A DNA stretch of 64,000 bases. Source: Haliotis rufescens (taxonomy: Eukaryota). Position 1 is the stretch's first letter. Each line of letters opens with the position of its first letter. A program made the position numbers and the translations under genes. Below are positions 40,123 to 51,184 of the stretch, one piece after another. Location of the stretch: the NCBI RefSeq assembly GCF_023055435.1, contig NW_025963791.1:29016001-29080000 (forward strand), read 5' to 3'. Under the pieces are notes generated by a model. That model was not told the origin of the DNA. It was given only the letters and a program-made list of their open reading frames with translations, and made no database searches.

Positions 40123-40383
40123 GACCCGTGAAGATCCGGGTTAGAATAGATCTTCAGCAACCCATGCTTGCCATAAAAGGCGACTATGCTTGTCGTAAAA
40201 GGCGACTAACGGGGTCGTGTGGTCAGGCTCGCTGACGTGGTTGATGCATGTCATCGATCCCAATTGCGTGGATCGATGCTCATGATGTCACTCACTGGAT
40301 CGTCTGGTCCAGACTCGATTATTTACAGACCGCCGTCATATAGCTGGAATATTGCTGAGTGCGGCGTTAAACAACAAACTAAC
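40123..40383 (+). mobile_element. Family B retroposon, apparently full length
   Basis: GACCCGTGAAGATCCGGG...GCGGCGTTAAACAACAAAC; TSD AGTGGCAGTTG. Confidence 0.88.
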
Positions 40384-41011
40384 AGTGGCAGTTGACGAAA
40401 ATAAACATCGCGGTTATAAATTGACAATGGACCCGAATCAGATGTAGGGCAAAATATTTATAAGCAAGCCAAGATTGAAAAATCAAAACAAGGTTGACTG
40501 AAATATTGAACGCAAAAATACCCCAAATGCTCGAGAGTATATTTATGCGGTAATAGCATGTGGTATCGATGAAGATACAGACACATGAATTACAGATACA
40601 TCAGGAACACATGTATTGAACACACCATGGATAAAAAAAATCATTTCTACTTTGCAATAATTCATCAAACATCCATGACAATAAATGACATAATTGATGT
40701 AGATTAAAAACAGCAGCGTCTGGAACGATAGGCGATGATGGTGGCGTATATCTCGCAGTGCATGTAGGAAAAACTTTGGGTAATACTGGATACAGTTTTT
40801 AACACAAGCTTTAACACCCAATACATACTGTTAAGCACAGTGTATTAGTCACCACGACAGCCATTCATAAGAAAGCATTTTCTTCCTCTTTACAAATTCA
40901 AAGTTGTGTTTAAAGTCTACAGTGAATGAGTTTATTCCGTAAAGGGGCCACCGGCCCATTAAACAATGTACAGTGGTTTGATCAGTTCATCGTACATAGC
41001 GCTGACTATTA

Positions 41012-41270
41012 GTGAGTGAGTTGGGTTTAACGCCGCTTTTAACAGTATTCCAGTAATATCACGGCGAGTCAGCTTAATATGTGTGGAAAGCACGAAGTGA
41101 TGCAGGTCTCAGACGTATACCACGAGCACGGGTATGGTACTGACAAACCTTTTAACATAATCGGGGCGAACTGGGATTCGAACCCACAATCATAGGCTTC
41201 TGGCGTGCCAAGGGACGCAACTCTGCACAGGGAATCGCAGCGCCTGAGGCGACTGGGCCACCCGTGCCCC
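41012..41270 (-). mobile_element. SINE family C
   Basis: Family match; TSD CGCTGA(C/T)TATTA. Confidence 0.87.
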
Positions 41271-42208
41271 TCCGCTGATTATTACATCAGGGGACCGATT
41301 AACAAAGGGGACCCGCAAGCCACGAACGTTCTTGAGTCTAGTTCGTGGTCAATACTCATCGGAGTGCTGAGAAGGATGCACAAACGGTTATTAAGACCCT
41401 AAGTGCAGCCTTTGGATGCACATAGGTATTTGGAGTATAAAGATTGCAGAGTGCAATTCCCGTGCTTACTTGTATGCTAGGATGACAATAGTTGTAGCAA
41501 CGATGTCATTGTAATAGTGGACCAACATTTATCGTTGGCCTCTCGATGTATGTTGTACCCTGGAAAATGTTATCCACATGTATGTCACTTTTTTAATTCA
41601 TAGACAACAGATACCCTGCAAGTCACAAAGTAGTATGCAATGTATTGCAAATATCATTCAACGTTTGTTGTGGGTACATGTTGCAAAGTTGATGAAGGTT
41701 AAAACAATCCATTCCCTTCATTATTGGTACGTATTGCAATCATTATTGCAGTGAATTCCTCTCAATATCAATTTGAATGAACAAATATGAAATCATGTGT
41801 TTGTGTAGAACACATATATGATGGTGTGTTAGTGTGATCAGATATATTACGTTGATATATATATTAACTGTTTAAAGTTTCCAATATACAGCTGAAATAT
41901 TTGTAGGTAATACATGTTAATACAATCCGTCTAGTGTGTAGAATCTAAACTCTAGACATCGAAGGTTATAGGAGAAGGTTATGTCCACAGTATGTGTTTG
42001 TTTTTTGCAAATACCGGGCAAAAGAAAGTATACACTTGAAAATTGGATTTGACCACAAATTACAAACGTTGCCAAGCGTTACTAGGCTGACAACAGTCGC
42101 CGACCCTCGCAAACTTCAGGTCCAAAACTATGGACAATATAAGGTCTTTGAAAGGTGATTCCCGTAAGGAAGAGAATGTATGGATGTCAACTTCTTTATA
42201 ATGAGGAA

Positions 42209-42248
42209 CACAACGTTTCGGAGTATGTGCTTACTCCTTCATCAGGTG
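42209..42248 (-). ncRNA. Minimal type-I hammerhead ribozyme motif on the SLC5A7 sense strand
   Basis: Reverse complement reads CACCTGATGAAGGAGTAAGCACATACTCCGAAACGTTGTG, core intact. Confidence 0.65.
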
Positions 42249-42262
42249 AAAGAGTAAGCATT

Positions 42263-42302
42263 CACCTGATGAAGGAGTAAGCATATACTCCGAAACGTTG
42301 TG
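42263..42302 (+). ncRNA. Minimal type-I hammerhead ribozyme motif (PLE-type)
   Basis: Core CUGAUGA and GAAA; helix II GGAGUA/UACUCC; helix I CAC/GUG; palindromic ACGU helix III; putative GUU cleavage triplet. Confidence 0.65.
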
Positions 42303-42743
42303 TTCCTCGTAATAAAGAAGTTGACATCCATATATTCTCTTCCTTATGGACAATATATAAAATAACACGCAAGTAACTCGAAATAACGGATTATCTGTAC
42401 ATGACGCGGCTCTTTTAATATCAATTCACTCGGGCCAGATCATCCGTGATTTCTTGTAGCTCGTTGGTTGCATATGTAATAACATTTGTGTATGAATGAC
42501 ATAGTGTCTTGCTAACTACGTAGTGAGTAGGATATGCTCATCGAATCTTAAAGTGCCATTCATTGTGTACTAATAAACATTGAAAAACCATAAAGTGTAA
42601 TACTATGTTAAATATACGTACATGATTGTATCGTCTTGCAAAGACATAACTACCCAAGCGTATATAGTTGTCTTACGTAATGCAGAACTTGAGATAATTA
42701 CAATCAGGATGAGTTGTGGTTATATGAACAATCAAACAAGTGT

Positions 42744-43418
42744 CTACAGTCTGGTTACAGTCGACAGGGGTCTTTTAGCTTCAAATTCCCCGTTATATCC
42801 CAGATTGTGTGATGGGGCCGGCTCTGGTTGGAAGACTGGGTTGTCGTGTCCCCTTTTACTCAAGTTGACCTTTCTCTCATGGAGGTCATCGGCGATGTAC
42901 GGTTGGTAGCCAGCGGGCACGTCTGATGGCAGTTTGGCTACCTCAACTGGCGTTGTCGCAGAAGTGGCCAGAATTGTCCTCGGCTTGTCTGAGAAACTGT
43001 TGAAGATGTCGTATTCAATCGGTATAAAACCATTCTTGAAGAGTACGTGGAACAGGTATGAACCTCCTATTACTGTCACAAGGCTGATCAGCATGGACAA
43101 AGCTCTAAAGGGAAAGCGTTGACCGGCATCCTCGTCGTACCACGGGTAGATAATTGTTGGTGGCAAGCCAAGCCCCGGTTCCCCACCCAGCAGTCGGAAG
43201 ATCAGACCAATGAGGAAGCCGAGCAAGGACCCGTATGCGTTAGTGTCGCGAAGGTACACTGCGCATGTTAGTTGAGGGAAGAGGATGACGAACACGAGGT
43301 CTGAACACAGGTAGAAGAGATAGTAGATTGATTTTACTCTTATTGCCATGGCGCATGCGCAACATGCCATGGCAAACTGGGTAAATCGCATAACCCAAAT
43401 TGTCATACGATCGGAAGT
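42744..43418 (-). CDS. SLC5A7: SLC5A7 last coding exon ([11 protein letters not shown]...STVTRL*)
   Basis: CTTTCAG| acceptor; TAG at 42746-42744. Confidence 0.93.
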   Translation of the reverse strand, partial: TSDRMTIWVMRFTQFAMACCACAMAIRVKSIYYLFYLCSDLVFVILFPQLTCAVYLRDTNAYGSLLGFLIGLIFRLLGGEPGLGLPPTIIYPWYDEDAGQRFPFRALSMLISLVTVIGGSYLFHVLFKNGFIPIEYDIFNSFSDKPRTILATSATTPVEVAKLPSDVPAGYQPYIADDLHERKVNLSKRGHDNPVFQPEPAPSHNLGYNGEFEAKRPLSTVTRL

Positions 43419-46400
43419 CTGAAAGATGAAAAAACGTTATGTAAATTATTAAGAATTGACTTTCACACATTGGAGTATGAACGTTCATAGAGTGAGGGCC
43501 AAACTGTACGAACGTCGCAGCTTGCAGGTTCATACTCCAATGAACTCATACAAATGAACTCAATGAACTCATACAAAGTGAAAGTTATTATGATAATCAA
43601 TCACTATTGTTTACCTCGAAGGAGGTAGCGGTAGATCTATACACAGTTGTATTACAGTGGCGCGTGTGACTTCATGTTTACACTGACAGCCATAAAACAA
43701 ACAGCTGTGTCGCGGAATAAAATAGTTCCACAAAAGAGTGGTGACATGAGCGTACATATGGTCCACGGGTTCGTTCCCCGCATGTGTACAATGTGTGAAA
43801 CGCATTTCTGGTGTTCCCCGCCGTTATATTGCTGGAATAGTGCTGAAAGCGGCGTAAAAAAATATTCACTCCTCACAATCGAAATACCATATGACCTAAA
43901 TCTAGCTAAACTGATAGATTTGAATTATTCACGAAGTTTATACAAGTTATGTCGAAATGAAACCATGATATATAGTACGAACTGATGGCAAGACATGATA
44001 ACATAATTTAGCATCATGTTACTTCGATTACCCTGACTATACAAAGGTTAGGCTCAGGGTCATTAATTAGGGACACTCGGTAATAAAAAATATAAAACGG
44101 CTAAACATTAAGACTTAGTGTATGGCCACGAGCTAAATAATCTCCTATTACCGTACCTTCTTCTTGGTGCATCTGGCGTAGACAACGCCGAAGACGTTCC
44201 TGGCGAACATGGAGCTGGCGGAGAGGAGGGAAGAGTCAGTGGACGACATGACGGCGGCGGAGACAGCACCCAGGCCAATAAACGAAACTGCGTCAGGTGT
44301 CAGATAGCGAAGGACTAGGGGCAGCGTTAGTCCCAACTCATCCGACGGAATGGAACCATTTATTTGCTTGTCATAAGCAGTTTGATTCCAGTCTGAAAAT
44401 ATATCCAAAAAGGATCATATTTTTTTACGGAATAAATCATTTATAACATCAGGAACAATAGATAAGGCGAGATTATTTTTTATGACAGGGTAGAATATAC
44501 ATTTTAATTGTTTCTGATTTGAGTTGAGGCGTTCCGTCGCTCCACAGGTTCCTGTGTTGGGATAATTCCCGAAGTGGAATGAAACTAACTGACCAAAACT
44601 AAACAAAATTAAATTGCAATAGAGATACAATGAAAAAATGTAAGTGGCGAGTGATACCGGTAGAATAGGACACGTTTACCCTTTTCGGAAATACTTTGCG
44701 TCATCACTAATGTTCAGTAATCCATTCATAATAATTTCCATTACTACTTTGCCTTTTAGGCCCTATGGTGAGTGAGTGAGTGAGTATGGTTTTACGCCGT
44801 TTTTAACCACAGGAGTCCGTATCTAAAAATAGACGCCCTCGTGCATATTCATGACCATCTTCACACGCGAGCCCGAAGGGAGTCCGTATCTAAAAATAGA
44901 CGCCCTCATGCATATTCATGACCATCTCCCACACGCGAGCCCGAATGAATATGCATGAGGGCGTCTATTTTTAGATACGGACTCCCCTTCGGGCTCGCGT
45001 GTGGAGATGGTCATGAATATGCACGAGGGCGTCTGTTTTTAGATACGGACATCTGTGGCTTAACACCTTGTACCCATGTCGGGATTCGAACCCGGGTCTT
45101 CGGCGTGACGAGCGAACGCCTTAACCACGAGGCTACCCGACCGCCCCTTAGGCCCTATGGAATTTGTATTGGCAAATATTCAAGGCTGGTCATTCTCTGG
45201 CGTTGACGTTTTGAAATAATAATAAGGCCACGGAATCTAACAAATTCATTGACATTCGGCCAAATTTGAGAATATTTTTTATATAACATTTTATATTACT
45301 TTATTGCTCTTGCACCTACCTGTGTTGGCTGCGATGGCTCCGATCAACACTGCTGGTACAGCCATAAACATGCATCCGAACCCTCCCACGAAGGACAGAA
45401 TACGGGCCACCTTCACCGTTCTCGCGGACAGCACACGTTGGAAATATACCTGATATAAGACATATACATCAATAAATAAATTGCAAGTAATACCATGCCA
45501 TTTGATTGGCTAACCAAGCTATTCTTTTTCCGAAAAAGAAACTAGGCCATCCCCACTAACGGGCTACTGTTTCTTGATTATAATATAACGTTCAATTGTT
45601 TATTTTGTAATTATTGACTTAAATATGTTTTTGCGTGTATGGAGTTATATATGTAAAAAAAACTTATGCGCACACTTTGCGTTACACAGTTCCCATCCAG
45701 GTTTTTACGTTTACCCTTCCATAAACGCAAAACAATATTGAAGTAATTTTTTTAAATGAACACAACCTTATCTCTCAAAGGTTTGTTTTAATATAACATT
45801 GTAAAAGAATTAAAATAAATACAAATTTAATAGAGAACAGCTGTTCGATTGAGCTGAGGTGAACTTGACTTCAATTGACCATGAAAAATCGTCCGTCGTT
45901 TTGCTTCGAAGCGGGGTATAAGAGATTTATTCTGCCTCTCAGAAATTCGCGTGAAGCTTGCCTTGTTCGTGGCGGGGTATAAGGGATTTATTTTGTCCCG
46001 CTGAGACATTAATTTCCCAACGTGGGATACATAGTATTTTCTCAAGATCACTGGGACTAATCTGATCATTCTGACATGGAGGTATGAGAACGGCGTTTTG
46101 TCCTATGCTTCTTGACTTGGAAAGGGTTTAGTTTTACGCAAAACGGTAAGACAACAGAGCAACTTCAAAACAAATTTCGGTATTGCAATATCGGCATTGC
46201 TGTATAAAAGAAGTTGCGCATGTTCTGGTACAACAGATCCACTGAGCTTATATATAATCTCACGGATCATGTGTGCAAACTCGAACTATTTATCAAAACA
46301 TTTGTGAAAACACACTATTTACTTGGAGAAATGGTCTAATAAGTATATAAAATGGTATGATCGGAATGGTGAATCAGGTGAAATGGTGTTAAATGGATGT

Positions 46401-49400
46401 CAATGGAAATCAAGGTTTTTACCAATTTTATTTCATTTGTTTTGCTGCAGGTACATTACGTCGTCCTGTATAAGATCGAGTATGTGAGTTAGTGAATGGA
46501 TGAATATTGGTGTTCGCCGCATTTAGTAATATTCAAGTAATATCACGGCCGGGGACACCAGCGAAAGGCTTCACACATTGTACCCATGTTGGGAACCGAG
46601 CCTGGGTTTTCGGCGTGAAAAGCAAACGGTTTAACCATTAGGCTACCTACCGCCCCATTATGGACCAGACGAACCAGTGACTGATATGAGCATAGTTAAA
46701 CGCCGTCAGTGTACAATGACACGCAACAAATCAAGCCACAGCTCTTCACAACCTGATCCTTTCATTCACTTCTTACGACAGACATATGACGTATTGTAGA
46801 CCAACCCTAGCCGGTCGGGTAGCTTAGTGGTTAAAGCGTTCGCTCGTCACGCCGAAGACCCGGGTTCGATTCCCGACATGAGTACAAAGTGTTAAGCCCA
46901 TTTCTGGTGTCCCCCGCCGTGATATTGCTGGGATATTGCTAAAAACGGCGTAAAACCATACTCACTCACTCACTCACCCTCGAACCCTAGCCCGGAATCT
47001 CCACTGGATGTTTCTACATAGATTATCACAAGCACAGCAATGTTCTTTGTTGGAATGTCACGAGAAGCGTTAGTTCGGTGGTGGTCGTACCTACCTGCCA
47101 AGGAATACCCCCGAAAATGAGCAGTAAAAAGGTGTCCATGTAGATCCCTATATCAGTCGTAGCGACCTCTCCGATCCACGACGACGACGACGACGACGAC
47201 GATGAAGACGACGAGGAGTCGACGATGATGGACCTTGAAGCCGGGTTGGTCATAGCAAAGGGTACGCTCACCCACTGGACCACAAAGCAAACGTATTTAC
47301 AAGCAGACAAATTATACATAGATTATTTGCCGAGTGTGCTTCCCCTGGTAATACGATCGTAAATATCTACATGTTTATATGGAATGTGAGCCTATGGTGA
47401 AATGCAAAATACATACTTTTTATTCCTAATGTGGGATATTTACGTTATGGAAACAAACAAGGGTGATAGCCACTTTATCATTCAATGTCAATCTTAAAAT
47501 CATAGATGGTTTAGATAAGGCTTGTTAATAAGCTGCTATCAACCTCCAGGCTAGTTTATCGTAATACAGTAAACTACGGTTATAACGAACTCAAAGGGAC
47601 CACTAACTTTAGTTTGTTATGACCGTAGTTCGTTATAAGCATATATACAGTATAACAATAGCAAATAGTCGGGACAAAATAATCAGTTCGTTATATCCGT
47701 CAGTTCGTTATAAGCGTGTTCGTTACAAACGTACTTTACTGTAGTTAATTGCGTATCCACTTATTATAATAAACGTATCAACGTCTTGGTAAATGTGAAT
47801 ATATTCGACATGTGCCTCACCAAATTACAATCTTAAGCGTTCATTCCATGTATCAGCTAGAGAATATATTTTCTGTCATTTTCATGATAAGGAAATATTA
47901 TGACTGTAATATGTTTTTCTAATCTTTCATTCCGAATATGCTCAGAATGGCCGCTTGTGAAAATCGGTGTACTGTCATTTCGCACAATTGCATCGCATTT
48001 TACTTCTTTTACTTACAAGCCCCACAAAAATGCAGATGAGTTGAACTACATCGGTGTAAGCCACGGAATACAGTCCCCCGACCAGCGTGTACATCAGGGA
48101 TATGCCAGCCGAGATGATGATGGAGATGGTCGTGTCAATGTCAAGGATAACGGCAAGTGTTGCCCCTTAAAAGGCAAGGTCGCATCGGCTAGAAAGGACA
48201 TTCTTAAGTGACACGAATACAAATATATGCTGACTGAGATTGTATTGTATTTGTTTCCAAGGCGCGGTGGACGGTAACTACCAGACTCACATCTAGGCTC
48301 TGAAATGACCATATCTTACGGAAAAAAACCAGTTGTGAAATTATCTTAATAAAAATATAATACAAAGGGGCACAGAGACTCTCTTCATTTTCGGATACTG
48401 CAGTAATCTATACTTGCCAATATTCCAGCAATATAAAAAAAAGTCGTGTCCATAGGAATATTGGATGTAACATATGTTTATCAGTGTCGTGTCATTGTCC
48501 GGATAACGTGGAAGTAAAGATTATCAAAAGCTTAAGCAATGAACAGGAAAAATTCGGAATTCACTTGGTAAGAGGTGAGTTGAAATGGGGTTGAACGCCG
48601 CGTTCAAGATTATTGCACTTTTAAAGCGACTTGCGTGCGTATGGCTGCTTGTATTTGTCCGGGCGAATGATACCATGCCGCAGATCGAACCCCCGACCTT
48701 CCAATCTTGCGGCAGACGCTCTACCACTATCACGGAGTCCGTCTCATTTGGTAAGATAGCGAATATTATTTAGTTGGAGTTGATCGATGCTAAAGTACGT
48801 CATGTTACGAACCTAAGGCAGACAATATAGCAGCTGACCAGAACATCTCTCCCAACAAGGCGGGAATGTACAACAGCGCCCCCATCAAGTCGCCGTACTT
48901 CCGGTTGAAGGGATCCAACATGGTGTTGTACCTGCTTCGTCTCATTTTGTCGGCAAAGAAAATCCCTCCTGTCAGATAAACAAGTGCGTGAGTGTGTTCA
49001 ACAGCATTTCGCATATTTCACGGTGAGTCAGCTAGCTTAATGTGGGCGAAGATCGTTAATATGTACCACTTTGAAGAAAGCCATGAATATGGATATGAAG
49101 CTGACAAACAAAGGATCATTATGATGTCAAATCAGTAGAACCCACCACGATCGGATCCTAACATAGCGACGGGGTGGAACTCTAGACAGCCAATAGAGCC
49201 CCCTTAGTTTGAATCCATGAAATTAGAATAATTTTATTCTTTTTTTCAAAATGATATATTTCTTTGCTTTGCAGTCTCATATTAACATCAACGGACATGC
49301 ACAAGTACGTGGATTTTGATATCTGTATAGATGCATGACCAGACTTACCAAATACCAGGGAGAGCCCATACCCCATCGGTGCCTGGCACCACACGAGGCC

Positions 49401-50909
49401 GCTCAGGACGATGATCTCCGAGGAGCCGTTGATGAATCCTCCCCCGACCCAAGTAGCTGGAGCCAGATTGATTGCAATGCAGATATGATATACATCACGA
49501 ACAACACAAACATATAAAATCTTGTATAATCACATTACCTTGTACCCTCCATGTATTCTTCAATAAAAAAGGTCACGTCACTTGCCTGATAACGGTGTAA
49601 GTACCGACACCGAAACGTCGCTCCTAATTGTAAAGAAGTTGTTCATCCATCTTATCCTTACTCAGTACTCCAACTTCTAAATGCCTCTCAAAGACGTTAA
49701 TGGTCATATCCATCAATACCGTCTTAATTGTATGACGACAGTCATGTCACAACAGATTTCTAAATATGATAATTTGTATCAAACACTGGCTTCATTTGTC
49801 AAGGTAGACATCTTGTCATCCGTCAACTTCTAAGTAATGCCTATCAAACAATTGGCGTCATTTGTGTCTATATACATATGTGTGTCATGTTCTCCCATCC
49901 AATCATTCACCATGTTTCTAGGTTTGTCAGCACCATACCCGTGCTCGTGGGTTTCACCGAAGTGGTAAACGTCTGAGACCTGCATCACTTCGGGCTTTCC
50001 ACCCACATTAAGCTGACACGCCGTGATATAACTGGAATAATGTTAAAAGCGGCGTTAAACCCAACTCACACACACACACAATCATTCACCTGAAGAAAGG
50101 GCAAGAAGTAACCCTGAGAAGTTGTTTTCCCTAATGATATTCCTTGTCATGAACATAAAGGTTATTGGTAAGACACAGACAACACATACATGACAAGCAT
50201 CACAAACGTCACTCACATAGCAAAATACGTAATAGACACAGAGACACCACACTGGTCAATGATCACATATGTACAAAGAGAATAATGACATAAGTATGGA
50301 ATACTGTTAGGGACATTCTCGCGATCTCGCATTCTCGCGATCTCGACCTTGGGAAACGAGCTAAATATGCCAAAAACACCAGAATGCGAGATCGCGAGAA
50401 CGCGAGATTTGGCTAACATCCCGCGTTCTCGCATTCTAGTGTTTTTGGCATATTTAGCTCGTTTAGGTCGAGATCGCGAGAATGTCCCTGACAGTATTCC
50501 ATACATAAGGCAGTTCACCAGCATTTGTGTCAACACACATTCCGACATTATGTGTCTGTGATGGAAGACAAAATCCTCCCCATCACCAAGTCTGAATTTC
50601 TTTTGAACATATGCTACCCATAACAGTTATTAATTATTTTCCAGAATAGTAGATTCTGATGGTGCAGTTACTAGGGCTTGGAGGGCGCCCTTGTCCCAAC
50701 AGTTTGTATGATCCGTCCTTAAGCTGTCACTGACCTGTGATGGTGAAGCTGCCAACAAGTAGCCCGATGTCCCTCCCGGCCAGCATGACCTCTTCAGAGT
50801 TGGACTGACCCTTCTTCAGGCCAGTCTTGCGGGCTGCCCACAAACCCACACCCAGAATGAGAAGGTAGAAGACAATGATAGCAATCAGCCCGGGAATGTG
50901 GATCGCCAT
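42744..50909 (-). CDS. SLC5A7: High-affinity choline transporter 1 (sodium:solute symporter), 8 coding exons, 602 aa: join(50735-50909,49349-49456,48813-48968,48017-48165,47095-47274,45320-45449,44157-44392,42744-43418)
   Basis: Exon translations give CHT1 hallmark peptides ([107 protein letters not shown]). Exon lengths 175+108+156+149+180+130+236+675=1809 nt, with consistent phases and GT-AG at every junction. Confidence 0.96.
43755..43875 (+). mobile_element. SINE family A, partial and diverged
   Basis: B box and 3' half recognisable. Confidence 0.7.
44157..44392 (-). CDS. SLC5A7: SLC5A7 coding exon 7 (DWNQTAY...ARCTKKK)
   Basis: TTTTCAG| acceptor, |GTACGG donor. Confidence 0.92.
44769..45147 (-). 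mobile_element. SINE family A interrupted by a foldback MITE
   Basis: TSD TTAGGCCCTATGG on both sides. Confidence 0.88.
44807..45058. mobile_element. Foldback MITE built from 67-bp subrepeats
   Basis: Two direct units followed by inverted units; ends TTAA-CCACAG ... CTGTGG. Confidence 0.8.
45320..45449 (-). CDS. SLC5A7: SLC5A7 coding exon 6 ([12 protein letters not shown]...GAIAANT)
   Basis: ATCAG| acceptor, |GTAGGT donor; hand translation. Confidence 0.93.
46485..46656 (-). mobile_element. SINE family A, diverged; followed by a degenerate family B fragment to ~46800
   Basis: Family match. Confidence 0.75.
46812..46976 (+). mobile_element. SINE family A
   Basis: Family match; flanking repeat AACCCTAGCC. 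Confidence 0.9.
47095..47274 (-). CDS. SLC5A7: SLC5A7 coding exon 5 (WVSVPFAM...poly-Ser...IFGGIPWQ)
   Basis: GTCCAG| acceptor, |GTAGGT donor, 180 nt, phase 0/0. Confidence 0.92.
47567..47741. mobile_element. Same MITE family, opposite orientation
   Basis: Same TIRs, TA TSD. Confidence 0.85.
48017..48165 (-). CDS. SLC5A7: SLC5A7 coding exon 4 ([10 protein letters not shown]...[14 protein letters not shown])
   Basis: TTTAAG| acceptor, |GTAAGT donor; translated by hand because it is absent from the ORF track in this frame. Confidence 0.93.
48575..48742 (-). mobile_element. SINE family D with internal deletions
   Basis: Head and tail match 23664-23997. Confidence 0.7.
48813..48968 (-). CDS. 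SLC5A7: SLC5A7 coding exon 3 (GIFFADKMR...AILSALG)
   Basis: GACAG| acceptor, |GTTCGT donor, 156 nt. Confidence 0.93.
49349..49456 (-). CDS. SLC5A7: SLC5A7 coding exon 2 ([14 protein letters not shown]...LSLVFG)
   Basis: CTCCAG| acceptor, |GTAAGT donor, phase 1/1. Confidence 0.93.
49584..49695 (+). mobile_element. Diverged PLE pseudo-LTR fragment with a degenerate hammerhead
   Basis: GC-CTGATAA-C-GGTGT..ACACC-GAAACGTC-GC followed by TAAAGAAGTTG..CATCCAT, like the 42.2-kb element. Confidence 0.55.
49912..50078 (+). mobile_element. SINE family C, 5'-truncated
   Basis: TSD CAATCATTCACC. Confidence 0.87.
50294..50504. mobile_element. Palindromic MITE with 4-bp TSD (ATAA)
   Basis: GTATGGAATACTGT.AGGGACATTCTCGCGATCTCG... 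and reverse complement; ATAA on both sides. Confidence 0.85.
50735..50909 (-). CDS. SLC5A7: SLC5A7 coding exon 1 ([15 protein letters not shown]...GSFTIT); acceptor at 50928-50929 implies an upstream non-coding exon
   Basis: ATG at 50909; donor G|GTCAGT at 50734; acceptor GTTACAG| 18 nt upstream of the ATG. Confidence 0.93.
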
Positions 50910-51184
50910 GTTGAATGTGCATGAAACCTGTAACACACACGTATGACGGATACAATTGAAACAAGCACAGCATTCAACATTGAAGGTGGATGACTCATTT
51001 GAAGCATTTGTTTTGTCACGATCCTCACGTGATACCCCAAGGCTTATCAGGTCGACTGGTCAGTGAAACATATTGTCCAGTTGTCCACCGTTATGTAGGT
51101 CGTGTCCTCAAATGTGATTTGTCATTTGAGACCCAGCATCCAGTGACCTTGAACAGCAGGCAGGTGAGATTGGCGTATCATGTT

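Larger units (their letters stand above)
42142..42344. mobile_element. Palindromic Penelope-like pseudo-LTR insertion with two opposed minimal hammerhead motifs
   Basis: 86-bp inverted arms (42165-42250 / 42261-42346); flanking direct repeat TATGGACAATATA; each arm has CAC-CTGATGA-A-GGAGTA(loop)TACTCC-GAAACGTT-GTG, with AATAAA just downstream on the plus arm. Confidence 0.8.

Noticed and set aside
42622-49517. Plus-strand ORFs overlapping SLC5A7 exons
   Set aside because: Antisense shadows of coding exons with no independent support
50085-50160. Further hammerhead at CACCTGAAGAAAGGG
   Set aside because: The GAAAC half of the core is lost, so at most a dead relic
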